A DNA stretch of 51,592 nucleotides. Source: a virus (taxonomy: Duplodnaviria > Caudoviricetes). Under the pieces are notes generated by a model that did not search any database, had not been told where the DNA came from, and saw only the letters and a list, made by a program, of their open reading frames with translations. Location: positions 1 through 51,592 of the IMG/VR virus record IMGVR_UViG_3300043764_000039; one strand, given 5' to 3'. A program made the position numbers and the translations under genes. Shown piece after piece: positions 17,911-26,593 of this stretch (within the stretch, counting starts at the first letter, position 1; every line of letters starts with the position of its first letter).

Positions 17911-18834
17911 ATGGCTGTCGCACAGACTACTGCGACCAGCGGCGTGACGGCGCACAGGCCCGTCATGACGCCCGCTGGCCGCCCCCGCAAGCGGAAGCGC
18001 CCGGCCAGCTACTGGCTCGCCGTCATCGCCGCCAGCTCCACCATCGCCCTCACCAGCGTGACGTTCTGGCTCTCGTACGAGGCGCTCCACGACCTCGCAG
18101 CCGGCCACCACCTCACCAATGCCCGCGCCTGGGCATGGCCCGCCACCATCGACGCGTTCATCGTCGTCGGTGAAGTCCTGATCCTGCGCGCCTCGTTGCT
18201 GCGCCGGATCGACTGGCTCGCGGTCGCCCTGGTCGCGCTCGGCTCCCTCGGCTCGATCATCCTGAACATCGTGTCTGTCGGCGCGCACGTCGACGGCACG
18301 ACCCGGGTGGTCGCCGCCGTCCCGCCGGTCGCCGCGCTGCTCGCGTTCACGGCGCTGATGCGGCAGATCTACCGGGCGCTCGCCAGCGACGAGGAGGCCC
18401 CGCGCGGCGATGAGGCCCTGACGCCCGTCAACGGCCCGTCCGATCAGGCGATTCCGCCGGCCGTGGAGCCCCGGCCGACGGCCGTCACCGCGCCGCCGCT
18501 GCCCCCGATGCCGCCCGCGCCGCCGGTCCTGCCGCCGGTCGCCCCGCAGACCACGGCGCAGCAGCCGCCCGCCGTCGCGCCCACCCAGGCCCCGGCCGCC
18601 CCGGCGCCGATCGTCTACGGCGACCCGCGGTGCGCCGTCATCCGCCCGCTGTACCGCGACGGCACCCCGCACGCCTCCCGCCCCGGCACCGCCACCATGC
18701 GGCAAGCGCTCATCGACGCCGGCTACGGCCCCGTCAGCGACGGCATGATCCGCGGCACCCTGCGCGCCGAGATCGAGCGCCACGAGCCACACCTGGCCGC
18801 CCTGCCGTCCGCCGTTCCGGCCCGCACCGCCTAA
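17911..18834 (+). CDS. DUF2637/SpdA-like membrane protein with Pro-rich linker and C-terminal putative DNA-binding domain
   Basis: FWLSYEALHDLA...AWAWPATID...VPPVAAL; four TM segments. Confidence 0.8.
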   Translation: MAVAQTTATSGVTAHRPVMTPAGRPRKRKRPASYWLAVIAASSTIALTSVTFWLSYEALHDLAAGHHLTNARAWAWPATIDAFIVVGEVLILRASLLRRIDWLAVALVALGSLGSIILNIVSVGAHVDGTTRVVAAVPPVAALLAFTALMRQIYRALASDEEAPRGDEALTPVNGPSDQAIPPAVEPRPTAVTAPPLPPMPPAPPVLPPVAPQTTAQQPPAVAPTQAPAAPAPIVYGDPRCAVIRPLYRDGTPHASRPGTATMRQALIDAGYGPVSDGMIRGTLRAEIERHEPHLAALPSAVPARTA

Positions 18835-18843
18835 CCCGCCGCC

Positions 18844-19005
18844 GTGGACGCCCTCCTGTGGGCGATCCCCGCTGTGCTGGCGCTCGCCGCACTCACCCTC
18901 GCCGTCCTGCCCCGCCAGGACGCGGTGCTGATGCTGCGCGCCTTCGCCGGCCTGTGGATCGCCGCCCTCGTGCTCGTCATCCCGCTGCTGCTCTCCAGGA
19001 GCTGA
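18844..19005 (+). CDS. 53-aa two-TM protein
   Basis: MDALLWAIPAVLALAAL...; below ORF-track cutoff. Confidence 0.6.
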   Translation: MDALLWAIPAVLALAALTLAVLPRQDAVLMLRAFAGLWIAALVLVIPLLLSRS

Positions 19006-19011
19006 CCCGCC

Positions 19012-19338
19012 ATGCCTCTCGACCTCGCGGCGCTGCGCCCTGCCTACAACGGCACCGCCCTGGCCGCTGCTGCCGCCATCACCACGCCCTACTGGGCGCA
19101 CGACGTCCTCGCCAGCATCGCCGCCAGCGGCGACGGGTCCGGTCCGCTCGGCGCCACCGCCTTCGGTCTCGCCATCGCCGCCATCGCCGACCGGACCATG
19201 CGCTTCCCGGATCGCGACGGCCGCGTCCACGACCTGTGGCTGCCCCGCGTCGCCCTGTTCACCGTCGCCCTCGGCCCGCTGTACAGCCCGCACACCGCCG
19301 CCCTGATGCTCAACTTCCTCGCCGGAGTCGTCTCGTGA
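19012..19338 (+). CDS. Membrane protein
   Basis: Hydrophobic segments, SD AGGAG. Confidence 0.7.
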   Translation: MPLDLAALRPAYNGTALAAAAAITTPYWAHDVLASIAASGDGSGPLGATAFGLAIAAIADRTMRFPDRDGRVHDLWLPRVALFTVALGPLYSPHTAALMLNFLAGVVS

Positions 19339-19892
19339 ACGTCACCATCACCCTGGGCGGCGTGGCCGTCGGCCTGATCCTGATCATGCGCCAGTTCCTC
19401 CCCGCAACCTGGGCGCTCCTCAAGCTCAAGGCCGGCAACCGCGGCCACGGCCACCACCACGAGGGCGACGCCCCGGCCCCGGCCCGGTTCAACATCCGCG
19501 AGCACGTGCCGTTCCTCCTCGGCGCGACCGTCGGCATGCTCGCCATCGCCTGCCCGGGCGGGTTCATCGGCATCGCCGCCGCGAAGATCGTCGGCTTCAG
19601 CAACACCGCCGGCGACAAGGTCCTCGCCGCCGGAGCCGGAGGCACCACCACCGCCGTCACCCGGCACGCCGCCGCCACCATGACCCAGTACGGCGCCCTC
19701 GTCACCGTCCTGCTCGTCTCCGCCGTCATCATCCTGCGCAAGCTCCTCGACAAGAAGGCCCGCGGCCAGCTCGGCTCCGGCATCTGGTGCGGCTCCACCC
19801 TCGGCCTCTCGGCGGGCGCGGCCGGGCTGCTCGGCTCCGTGCTCATCCCCGCGGCCAACCAGCTCGGTCACCTGATCGGCGGCCAGGCGTGA
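19335..19892 (+). CDS. Multi-TM protein (spread-protein-like)
   Basis: About four TM segments, GTGA overlaps. Confidence 0.75.
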   Translation: MNVTITLGGVAVGLILIMRQFLPATWALLKLKAGNRGHGHHHEGDAPAPARFNIREHVPFLLGATVGMLAIACPGGFIGIAAAKIVGFSNTAGDKVLAAGAGGTTTAVTRHAAATMTQYGALVTVLLVSAVIILRKLLDKKARGQLGSGIWCGSTLGLSAGAAGLLGSVLIPAANQLGHLIGGQA

Positions 19893-20455
19893 AGGCCGGC
19901 TGGCGGATCCGGCGCCTGTCCGACGGCTCCGCGCTCGTCGCCCGCCGCGTCGGCCGGGCGTTCGCCCCAGTCGACGCCGACGGCGAACTGCGGCTGCTCG
20001 CCACCGCCGCCCGGTCCGGTACCGCCCTGTGGGTCGGCAACGGCATCCTCGGCAGCGCGCACCCCTCGCCGCTGTGGCTCGTCGGCGGCACCTGCGCCTG
20101 GTGCGTCGCCGCGTGGCGGGCCGAGCCCGACGCCGAGGAGCAGCCCGCGAAGCAGGCCGCCGCCGGGTCGGTGCACACCGACGCCGAGATCTATGCCTCC
20201 GCCGTCGAGCACCTGCGCGAGCTGATCGGCGACCGTCGCGCGGTGCTCCTCGGCGAAGTGCTGGCCGACTGGCAGGCGCACGGCTGGGTCGGCCAGGTGC
20301 CGGCTGCCGAGCTCGGCCGCCAGCTCCAGCGCCGCGGCATCCCCGTGCGCCCGTCCGTGAAGGTCGCCGGATCGGTCGGGCCGGGCGTGCACCGGGACGA
20401 CCTGCCGGTCGTCGCCGAGCCCCTCCCCGAGGCCCCTGCCGTGGCCGCCGGGTAG
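19889..20455 (+). CDS. Membrane-anchored protein with C-terminal winged-helix-like domain, no ATPase
   Basis: Two TM-like segments then VLLGEVLADW...LQRRGIPVRPSVKV...GVHRDDL. Confidence 0.65.
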   Translation: MKAGWRIRRLSDGSALVARRVGRAFAPVDADGELRLLATAARSGTALWVGNGILGSAHPSPLWLVGGTCAWCVAAWRAEPDAEEQPAKQAAAGSVHTDAEIYASAVEHLRELIGDRRAVLLGEVLADWQAHGWVGQVPAAELGRQLQRRGIPVRPSVKVAGSVGPGVHRDDLPVVAEPLPEAPAVAAG

Positions 20456-20516
20456 CAGGTAGAGCCGCAGGTCACAGCGCCTCTACCTACCCCGGCTACC
20501 TACCTGACTACCTACC
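20451..20516. repeat. CTACCTACC x3 plus inverted GGTAG copies
   Basis: Copies at 20483, 20496, 20508; AGGTAGAG (20457) pairs with CTCTACCT (20481). Confidence 0.85.
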
Positions 20517-20529
20517 CCTGGAGACCCCG

Positions 20530-20628
20530 ATGCGCCGTCTGACCGCCGTCCTGACCGTCTGGTCCACCTGCCCGGACTGTGGCTGGTGGGCGCAGGAGGG
20601 CCACGTCTGCCACCCCGCCGACCGCTGA
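20530..20628 (+). CDS. 32-aa Zn-ribbon-like peptide
   Basis: SD GGAG; CPDCGW...HVC. Confidence 0.45.
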   Translation: MRRLTAVLTVWSTCPDCGWWAQEGHVCHPADR

Positions 20629-20677
20629 CCAACCCGCCGCCCCGGACCACTGCCCGGGGCGGCGCGCTTGCGAGAGG

Positions 20678-21052
20678 ATGAGCAGCATGAGCAGCAACTT
20701 CGGTGAGGCTATGCACCGCCTGCACACCGCCCCAGGCGTTGCGCGGGAGGAACTCGACGAGATCAAGGCTGGCATCATGCGCCTCGCTGGGGCGCAGGCC
20801 GCCGCCCTGGTGGGCGCATCCACGGCCGCGGCCGGGCTGGCGCAGGAAATGGCACGGCGCCGGGAGGAGGACGCGCGCCAGCGCCGCTGGTTCTTCGCCG
20901 ACGCACGCGACCAGGGCGTGTCGAAGGAGGACGCGGAGAAGATCCTCGCGGTGGCCTTCAGCGACGACGTCCTCTACGACCGGTCCTTCGCCGGCCCGTG
21001 GGACTTCGCCCACGCTGCGCTAAAGATCGTGGAGGCTCGCGGTGCCCGATGA
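20678..21052 (+). CDS. Hypothetical protein
   Basis: ORF with GC3 bias; start uncertain. Confidence 0.6.
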   Translation: MSSMSSNFGEAMHRLHTAPGVAREELDEIKAGIMRLAGAQAAALVGASTAAAGLAQEMARRREEDARQRRWFFADARDQGVSKEDAEKILAVAFSDDVLYDRSFAGPWDFAHAALKIVEARGAR

Positions 21053-21359
21053 TCTGTTGGCTTTTACCATCGCCAACCTGCAACGCGAGCTCGATGACAT
21101 GCTGTCCTTCAAGGACTTCATGGTGCAGAACGACGGCATCCCCGACCTGGGGATCACCGGAGAAGCCTACGCCCGAGCCGACCAGCCTCGAATCCGCCGG
21201 GCCGAACTTCGGCTGACGTTCCTCAACGACACGGTGCGGCCGTACCTGGGTACCGCTGGCCCAACCGGCCGAATCGCCGAGCAGCAACTGCGCCTTCTTG
21301 GAGCAGAGTTCGCAGACCGACCCGGCTACCGGCCCGAGTGGTCACCCGAGGAGAGCTGA
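21042..21359 (+). CDS. DUF6221-like protein
   Basis: C-terminal LRLLGAEFADRPGYRPEW. Confidence 0.7.
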   Translation: MPDDLLAFTIANLQRELDDMLSFKDFMVQNDGIPDLGITGEAYARADQPRIRRAELRLTFLNDTVRPYLGTAGPTGRIAEQQLRLLGAEFADRPGYRPEWSPEES

Positions 21360-21361
21360 CT

Positions 21362-21673
21362 GTGCGCTTCTTCCGCCGCCGCAGGCAGGCGCCCGCGCCC
21401 AGCCCGCTGGCCATCCAGGTGCTGGAGCACGACGTCTACGGCGAGGAGCCGCCAGCAGGCAGCGCAGCCGCTCTCGTGCTCGGCCTCCGCGCGTTGAGCG
21501 GCGCTGGCGTCACCAGCCGCGAGATGATGCACCGCATGACCTACTGCACCGCCGAGGGAACCATCCGAATCGGCACCGAGGCCATCGCCGTGATCTGCAA
21601 CCTCGAACCGCACGACGGCGACCAGCACCACGACATTGTCCACGGCGACTGGAGCACCGAACCCGAGGAGTGA
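21362..21673 (+). CDS. Hypothetical protein
   Basis: SD GAGGAG; IQVLEHDVYG. Confidence 0.65.
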   Translation: MRFFRRRRQAPAPSPLAIQVLEHDVYGEEPPAGSAAALVLGLRALSGAGVTSREMMHRMTYCTAEGTIRIGTEAIAVICNLEPHDGDQHHDIVHGDWSTEPEE

Positions 21674-21678
21674 GCGGC

Positions 21679-21828
21679 ATGGACCGCGCGATAGCCGGCC
21701 TCATCGTGGTCGGCTTCATCGCGGTCTACGTCGCGGGCATGCTCCTGCTCGACTGGATCGTCGAGCGGATGACTGGCCTGGCGGTCAGGCTGCACCGCCG
21801 GTGCCGCGCTGCCCGCGCCAGCCGATGA
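21679..21828 (+). CDS. Small single-TM protein
   Basis: SD GAGGAG, hydrophobic helix. Confidence 0.55.
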   Translation: MDRAIAGLIVVGFIAVYVAGMLLLDWIVERMTGLAVRLHRRCRAARASR

Positions 21829-22054
21829 CCTGACCGGCGATCATCGCCACCACGCCCAACCCGCCCAGCAGAAGAGCCGTCTGCAGCTGGTCCGCACGCG
21901 CGGCCACGCACATCACCGAGTCGTAGCTCTCCAGGGCGCCGCTGTGCGGGAAGAACGCGCTGCCGCAGTCCCCTTGCGGCGCCACCCCGTTGACCGCGCC
22001 GGCCACCACCAGCAGCCGGCCACCCCACCGCAGCACCGTTGACGCCTGAGCCAT
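21785..22054 (-). CDS. Two-TM protein with Cys pair, reverse-oriented moron
   Basis: SD GGGAG; TM-CGSAF...C-TM. Confidence 0.65.
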   Translation of the reverse strand: MAQASTVLRWGGRLLVVAGAVNGVAPQGDCGSAFFPHSGALESYDSVMCVAARADQLQTALLLGGLGVVAMIAGQVIGWRGQRGTGGAA

Positions 22055-22197
22055 CGCAACTCCCTTCAACGGCGCACACGGTAGCGGTGCAGTGCCTGTC
22101 ACGGCTACCCGCACGTCACAGCAGCTCCCAGCCTCTGACACCTGCGCACCTCCGGATTACCACCTACGCTGAATATCTGCGCGAGGAGGTAATTCAC

Positions 22198-22740
22198 GTG
22201 AGCAACGATCCCCCAACACCGCCCGGGCCAACGCGCGGCGGCGGCGGCCAGTTCGTCCGCACCGTCGAAACCGCCGAACAGGACGCCGAAGCAGCACGGC
22301 TGCGCTCCCGAGGCATGACCTACCGCCAGATCGCAGCCCAGCTCGGCGTGGACGTGTCCACCGCGCACCGGGCCGTCCAGCGGGCGCTCGCGGAGATCGT
22401 GGCCGAGCCGGCCGCCGACGCAGTCGCCTTCGAACTGCAGCGCCTCGACGAGGAACTTCAGCGCCTGGACGACCTGTACGCGCGGGTCATCGAGGTGTTG
22501 GAGCGCGAGCACGTCACTGTGTCGCAGGGCCGCGTCGTCACCATGGACGACGGCAGCCCGGTGCCCGACGACGACTGGATTCTCCGCGCCGTCGACCGGC
22601 TCGTGAAGATCGACGATTCCCGGCGGAAGAACGGGGAGTCCCGGCGGAAGTTGCTCGGCCTCGACTCACCCTTGAAGACCCAGCTGTCCGGCGGGTTGAC
22701 GTACGAGATCGTCGGCATCGACGCGGAGGCGCTGCGGTGA
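22198..22740 (+). CDS. terS: Terminase small subunit (HTH type)
   Basis: GMTYRQIAAQLG...RRKLLGLDSP; SD GAGGAGG; upstream of terL. Confidence 0.8.
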   Translation: MSNDPPTPPGPTRGGGGQFVRTVETAEQDAEAARLRSRGMTYRQIAAQLGVDVSTAHRAVQRALAEIVAEPAADAVAFELQRLDEELQRLDDLYARVIEVLEREHVTVSQGRVVTMDDGSPVPDDDWILRAVDRLVKIDDSRRKNGESRRKLLGLDSPLKTQLSGGLTYEIVGIDAEALR

Positions 22741-23144
22741 GCGGAGACCTGCCCGAGAGCCTGCTCAACGGGCTGGCCGAGGTCGGCGACGTCAGGCGGC
22801 TCGACGTGCTGCCGGGCGATCTGTTCGTGCTCGGGTTGTCCCAATACCCGAGCGAGGCAGAGATCGAGCACCTCCACGAGCAGTGGCGCTCGGTGGCGGG
22901 TGACGCGCGGCTCCTCGTCCTGACCCCCGGCATGGAGCTGACCGTCTATCGGCCGGTCGAACCGGCGAAGGTGCCGGCCCCGGCCGAGTTCCGTTGGCAC
23001 TACGGGCCCACCGACTGGGACCCGGACCCCGGCAAGGCGTGGCACTACGACTGCCCCAGCGGTCGCGGCGAGGTGCTGGTCTTCGAGGAGGGCGCGAGCT
23101 GTCGCGGCTGCGGCGCCGACGACGCTCCCAAGGAGGGCGAATGA
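22737..23144 (+). CDS. Hypothetical protein between terS and terL
   Basis: GTGA overlap. Confidence 0.65.
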   Translation: MSGDLPESLLNGLAEVGDVRRLDVLPGDLFVLGLSQYPSEAEIEHLHEQWRSVAGDARLLVLTPGMELTVYRPVEPAKVPAPAEFRWHYGPTDWDPDPGKAWHYDCPSGRGEVLVFEEGASCRGCGADDAPKEGE

Positions 23145-23545
23145 GCGAGCATCCGGCGGTGGTGTTCCTGCGGCAGGCGCACGAGCAGGCAGAGGAGTTG
23201 GCGCGGGTGGCGACGCCCGGGCCGTGGATGCTGAACCTCGACGACGAGACGATCACGTCCGAGTTCGGCACGGTGGCGCGCCTGCGCGACTTCGTGCGCC
23301 TCATGACGAACGCGCAGGTCGAGGCCGACGCGCGCCTGATCACCGGCATGGCCGACCCGGCGGCGGTGTTGCGCCGGGTCGCGGCCGACCGGGAGCAGCT
23401 GGCCGAGCACGCCGATCGGCAGGGCGAGTGCCGGGTCTGCGCCGCGGAGGGCGAGTTCGGAGGGATCGCGTTCCTCGGGAACGTGCCGTGGCCGTGCGGT
23501 GTGTGGCTGCGACTCGCCGAGGGCTGGGGCTGGACGGTGCCGTGA
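23141..23545 (+). CDS. DUF6221-like protein
   Basis: ATPGPW, DPAAVLRRVAADR, WPC. Confidence 0.7.
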   Translation: MSEHPAVVFLRQAHEQAEELARVATPGPWMLNLDDETITSEFGTVARLRDFVRLMTNAQVEADARLITGMADPAAVLRRVAADREQLAEHADRQGECRVCAAEGEFGGIAFLGNVPWPCGVWLRLAEGWGWTVP

Positions 23546-24867
23546 CGACAGCGGCGACGGTCGTCCGGTACGAGCCGCGCGGCGCGACCCTCGAACTCTT
23601 CCGTCGCAAAGACACCGAGATCCTGCTGTCAGGCGCAGCAGGCACCGGCAAGAGCGTCGGCGCCCTGATGAAGCTGCACCTCGCCTGCCTGTCCACGCCG
23701 AAGGTCCGGGCGCTCATCGTCCGCAAGACCCACGCCTCGCTCACCGCCTCCACGCTGGTGACCTTCCGCCAGAAGGTCGCCGCCGAAGCCCTCGCGGCCG
23801 GGCACGTGCACTTCTACGGCGGATCAGCCCAGGAGCCGGCCAGCTTCCGGTACACCAACGGGTCGGTCATCGTCGTGGGCGGCCTCGACCGGGCAAGCCG
23901 ACTGCTGAGCACGGAGTTCGACCTGGTCTTCGTGGACGAGGCCGTCGAGGTGACAGAGGAAGACCTCGACACCATCGTCACCCGCCTCCGCAACGGCCGG
24001 ATGACCTATCAGCAGCTCATCATGGCCACCAACCCCGGGCCGCCGACGCACCATCTGAAGCTGCGCGCAGACTCGGGCCGCTGCCAGATCCTGTACAGCA
24101 AGCACGAGGACAACCCCCGCATGTACCAGGACGGGGAGTGGACCGAGTACGGGAAGTCGTACCTCGCACGCCTCGACAGCCTCGTCGGGGCCCGGTACGA
24201 GCGGATGCGCTGGGGCCGGTGGGTGGCCGCCGAGGGCCTGGTCTACGAGGGCTGGGACCCGGCCGTGCACCTCGTCGACCGGTCCGTCGTCCAGGCCGGG
24301 TGGTCAAGGTGGTGGACAGTCGACTTCGGGTACAGCAATCCGCTGGTCCTTCAGTGCTGGGCCGAGGACCCCGACGGCCGCCTGTACCTCTACAGGGAGA
24401 TCTACAAGACGAAGACGCTGGTCGAGGACCACGCCAAGCAGATCCTCGGCATCGTCGCGCCCAACGGCCAGTGGATCGAGCCCCGGCCACGCGCGGTGAT
24501 CTGCGACCACGACGCCGAGGACCGCGCCACCCTGGAGCGGCACCTCGGCATGGGCACCACGGCAGCAAAGAAGACCGTCAGCGACGGCATCCAAGCCGTG
24601 CAAGCCCGGCTACGGGCCGCCGGTGACGGCAAGCCACGACTGTTCATCTGCCGGGACGCCCTTGTGAGGCGCGATCAGGAGCTGGCGGACGCCAAGAAGC
24701 CGTGCAGCACGGTCGAGGAGGTCACCGGCTACGTGTGGGATGCGCAGCCCGGCAAGCAGCCGAAGGAAGCCCCGGTGAAGCAGGACGACCACGGCATGGA
24801 CGCGCTGCGGTACATGGTGGCCGAGCGGGACCTGGGCGGCCGGCCGAGCGTGCGCTGGGTGGGCTGA
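23542..24867 (+). CDS. terL: Terminase large subunit
   Basis: GAAGTGKS Walker A, FVDEA Walker B, TNP, DFGYSNP, DHGMDALRY. Confidence 0.95.
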   Translation: MTTAATVVRYEPRGATLELFRRKDTEILLSGAAGTGKSVGALMKLHLACLSTPKVRALIVRKTHASLTASTLVTFRQKVAAEALAAGHVHFYGGSAQEPASFRYTNGSVIVVGGLDRASRLLSTEFDLVFVDEAVEVTEEDLDTIVTRLRNGRMTYQQLIMATNPGPPTHHLKLRADSGRCQILYSKHEDNPRMYQDGEWTEYGKSYLARLDSLVGARYERMRWGRWVAAEGLVYEGWDPAVHLVDRSVVQAGWSRWWTVDFGYSNPLVLQCWAEDPDGRLYLYREIYKTKTLVEDHAKQILGIVAPNGQWIEPRPRAVICDHDAEDRATLERHLGMGTTAAKKTVSDGIQAVQARLRAAGDGKPRLFICRDALVRRDQELADAKKPCSTVEEVTGYVWDAQPGKQPKEAPVKQDDHGMDALRYMVAERDLGGRPSVRWVG

Positions 24868-24924
24868 CCCGACCACCAGCGCAGGAGATTCTTCCGTTTT
24901 GACGCTGCCAAACAGGAAGATTTC

Positions 24925-24952
24925 TTGCCACGGGGCTGGATTTGCGTACTAT
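24925..24952 (+). promoter_or_regulatory. Putative head-operon promoter, leaderless to GTG 24960
   Basis: TTGCCA-16bp-TACTAT in a low-GC gap. Confidence 0.5.
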
Positions 24953-24959
24953 TTTCAGC

Positions 24960-25220
24960 GTGGCGGCAGTGACAGGGTGGGTTCCCGCGCGACGCCCCCG
25001 GACCCCGGGGGCCGTCGCTGCGGCCGCCCGCCGCGTCGCAGATAGCGCCAAGACCGCCGCCAACCGCCTGTCCGGCAGCCTCCTGACCGCCGCCGGCCTC
25101 GGCTGCATCGACGTTGGCGCCTTCGAAGCCCACCCCATCGCCGGATGGGTCGTCACCGGTGTGACCGTGCTGGCGCTCGACTTCAAGATCCAAGGCGACA
25201 AGCCCGGTGCACGGCCGTGA
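24960..25220 (+). CDS. Small two-TM protein preceding portal
   Basis: Hydrophobic C-terminal pair; overlaps portal start. Confidence 0.7.
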   Translation: MAAVTGWVPARRPRTPGAVAAAARRVADSAKTAANRLSGSLLTAAGLGCIDVGAFEAHPIAGWVVTGVTVLALDFKIQGDKPGARP

Positions 25221-26593
25221 GCAGCCTCATCGGCATGATCCTCGCCCGCACCGCCGGCCAGGCCGAGGCGCCCGTCGCCTACTCGGCGCCCGGCTACGCC
25301 TCCATGCCGTCCGGCTACGGCGGATCGGACCCCGCGGGCTACATGCGCGCCTACGCCAGCAGCGGCACGGTCTTTTCGATCGTCAGCATGCTGGCCCGCC
25401 AGACCGCCAAGCACCAGTGGCACCTGTACCGGTGCCAGCCGCAGGACGGCCGGCGCCGCTACACCACCGCCGACAAGGGCTCGGACCAGCGCGTCGAGGT
25501 CATCAAGCACCAGGCCATCGCGCTGTGGAACCGGCCGAACGACTTCATGTCCGGCTTCCAGGTGCGCGAGTTGGCCCAGACCTACCTCGACTTGACAGGC
25601 GAGGCCTATCTGATCGTTCAGCGGGACGGCCGCGCGACGTTCCCCACCGGGCTGTGGCCGGTGCGGCCGGACCGGATGGACCCGGTGCCGCACCGTGACA
25701 AGTTCCTGGCGGGCTACGTCTACACGGGCCCGTCGGGTGAGCGGGTTCCGCTGCAGCCCGACGAGGTTCTGATGATCCGGTATCCGAACCCGTTCGACAT
25801 CTACCACGGGCTCGGGCCGATCCAGTCGATCCTCATCGATATCGACGCCGCCAAGTACAGCGCCCAGTGGAACCGGAACTTCTTCCTCAACTCGGCGCAG
25901 CCCGGCGGCGTGATCCAGATGGACAAGCGGCTGTCCGACGACGAGTGGAACGAGTTCACGAACCGCTGGAGGGAGAGCCACCGCGGCGTCGGCGCAGCAC
26001 ACCGCGTCGCCGTGCTGGAGCAGGGTGCCGTGTGGGTGCCGAACGCACACACGATGGCCGACATGGATTTCGCGAACCTCCGCGGTGTCAGCAGGGACGT
26101 GATCCGCGAGGCGTTCGCCATGCACAAGAGCATTCTGGGCACCGCCGACGACGTGAACCGCGCCAACGCGGTCACGGCTCAGGAGCACTTCGAGGCGTTC
26201 CTCCTGCGGGACCGGCTCGACCGGTGGCGCGACGTCCTCAACTGCGCCTACCTGCCCATGTTCGGCAGCACCGGCGAGGGCGTCGAGATGGACCACGACG
26301 ACCCGGTCACCAGCAACCGCGAAGCCGACGCCTTGGAATTGAAGAGCAAGGCCGGCGCGGCGCAGGCCCTGGTCATGGCGGGCTACGACCCGGCCGACGT
26401 GCTGGAAACCGTCGGGCTCCCGGCCATGGGCGTCGCCGAGCGGGCCACGCAGACCCCGGCGGTCCCGCCGAACTGGGTGCTGGCCACGCCCGAGGGCCCA
26501 GACCAGCAGGACGACGACGGAGCAGCACTGGAGGCGCTGATGGCGCAGCAACTGCCCACCTGGAACCAGGCCGGGAAGGTAGGGGCACGGTGA
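25217..26593 (+). CDS. Portal protein (HK97 family)
   Basis: NRPNDFMS, LTGEAY, HGLGPI, FFLNSAQPGG. Confidence 0.93.
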   Translation: MSSLIGMILARTAGQAEAPVAYSAPGYASMPSGYGGSDPAGYMRAYASSGTVFSIVSMLARQTAKHQWHLYRCQPQDGRRRYTTADKGSDQRVEVIKHQAIALWNRPNDFMSGFQVRELAQTYLDLTGEAYLIVQRDGRATFPTGLWPVRPDRMDPVPHRDKFLAGYVYTGPSGERVPLQPDEVLMIRYPNPFDIYHGLGPIQSILIDIDAAKYSAQWNRNFFLNSAQPGGVIQMDKRLSDDEWNEFTNRWRESHRGVGAAHRVAVLEQGAVWVPNAHTMADMDFANLRGVSRDVIREAFAMHKSILGTADDVNRANAVTAQEHFEAFLLRDRLDRWRDVLNCAYLPMFGSTGEGVEMDHDDPVTSNREADALELKSKAGAAQALVMAGYDPADVLETVGLPAMGVAERATQTPAVPPNWVLATPEGPDQQDDDGAALEALMAQQLPTWNQAGKVGAR

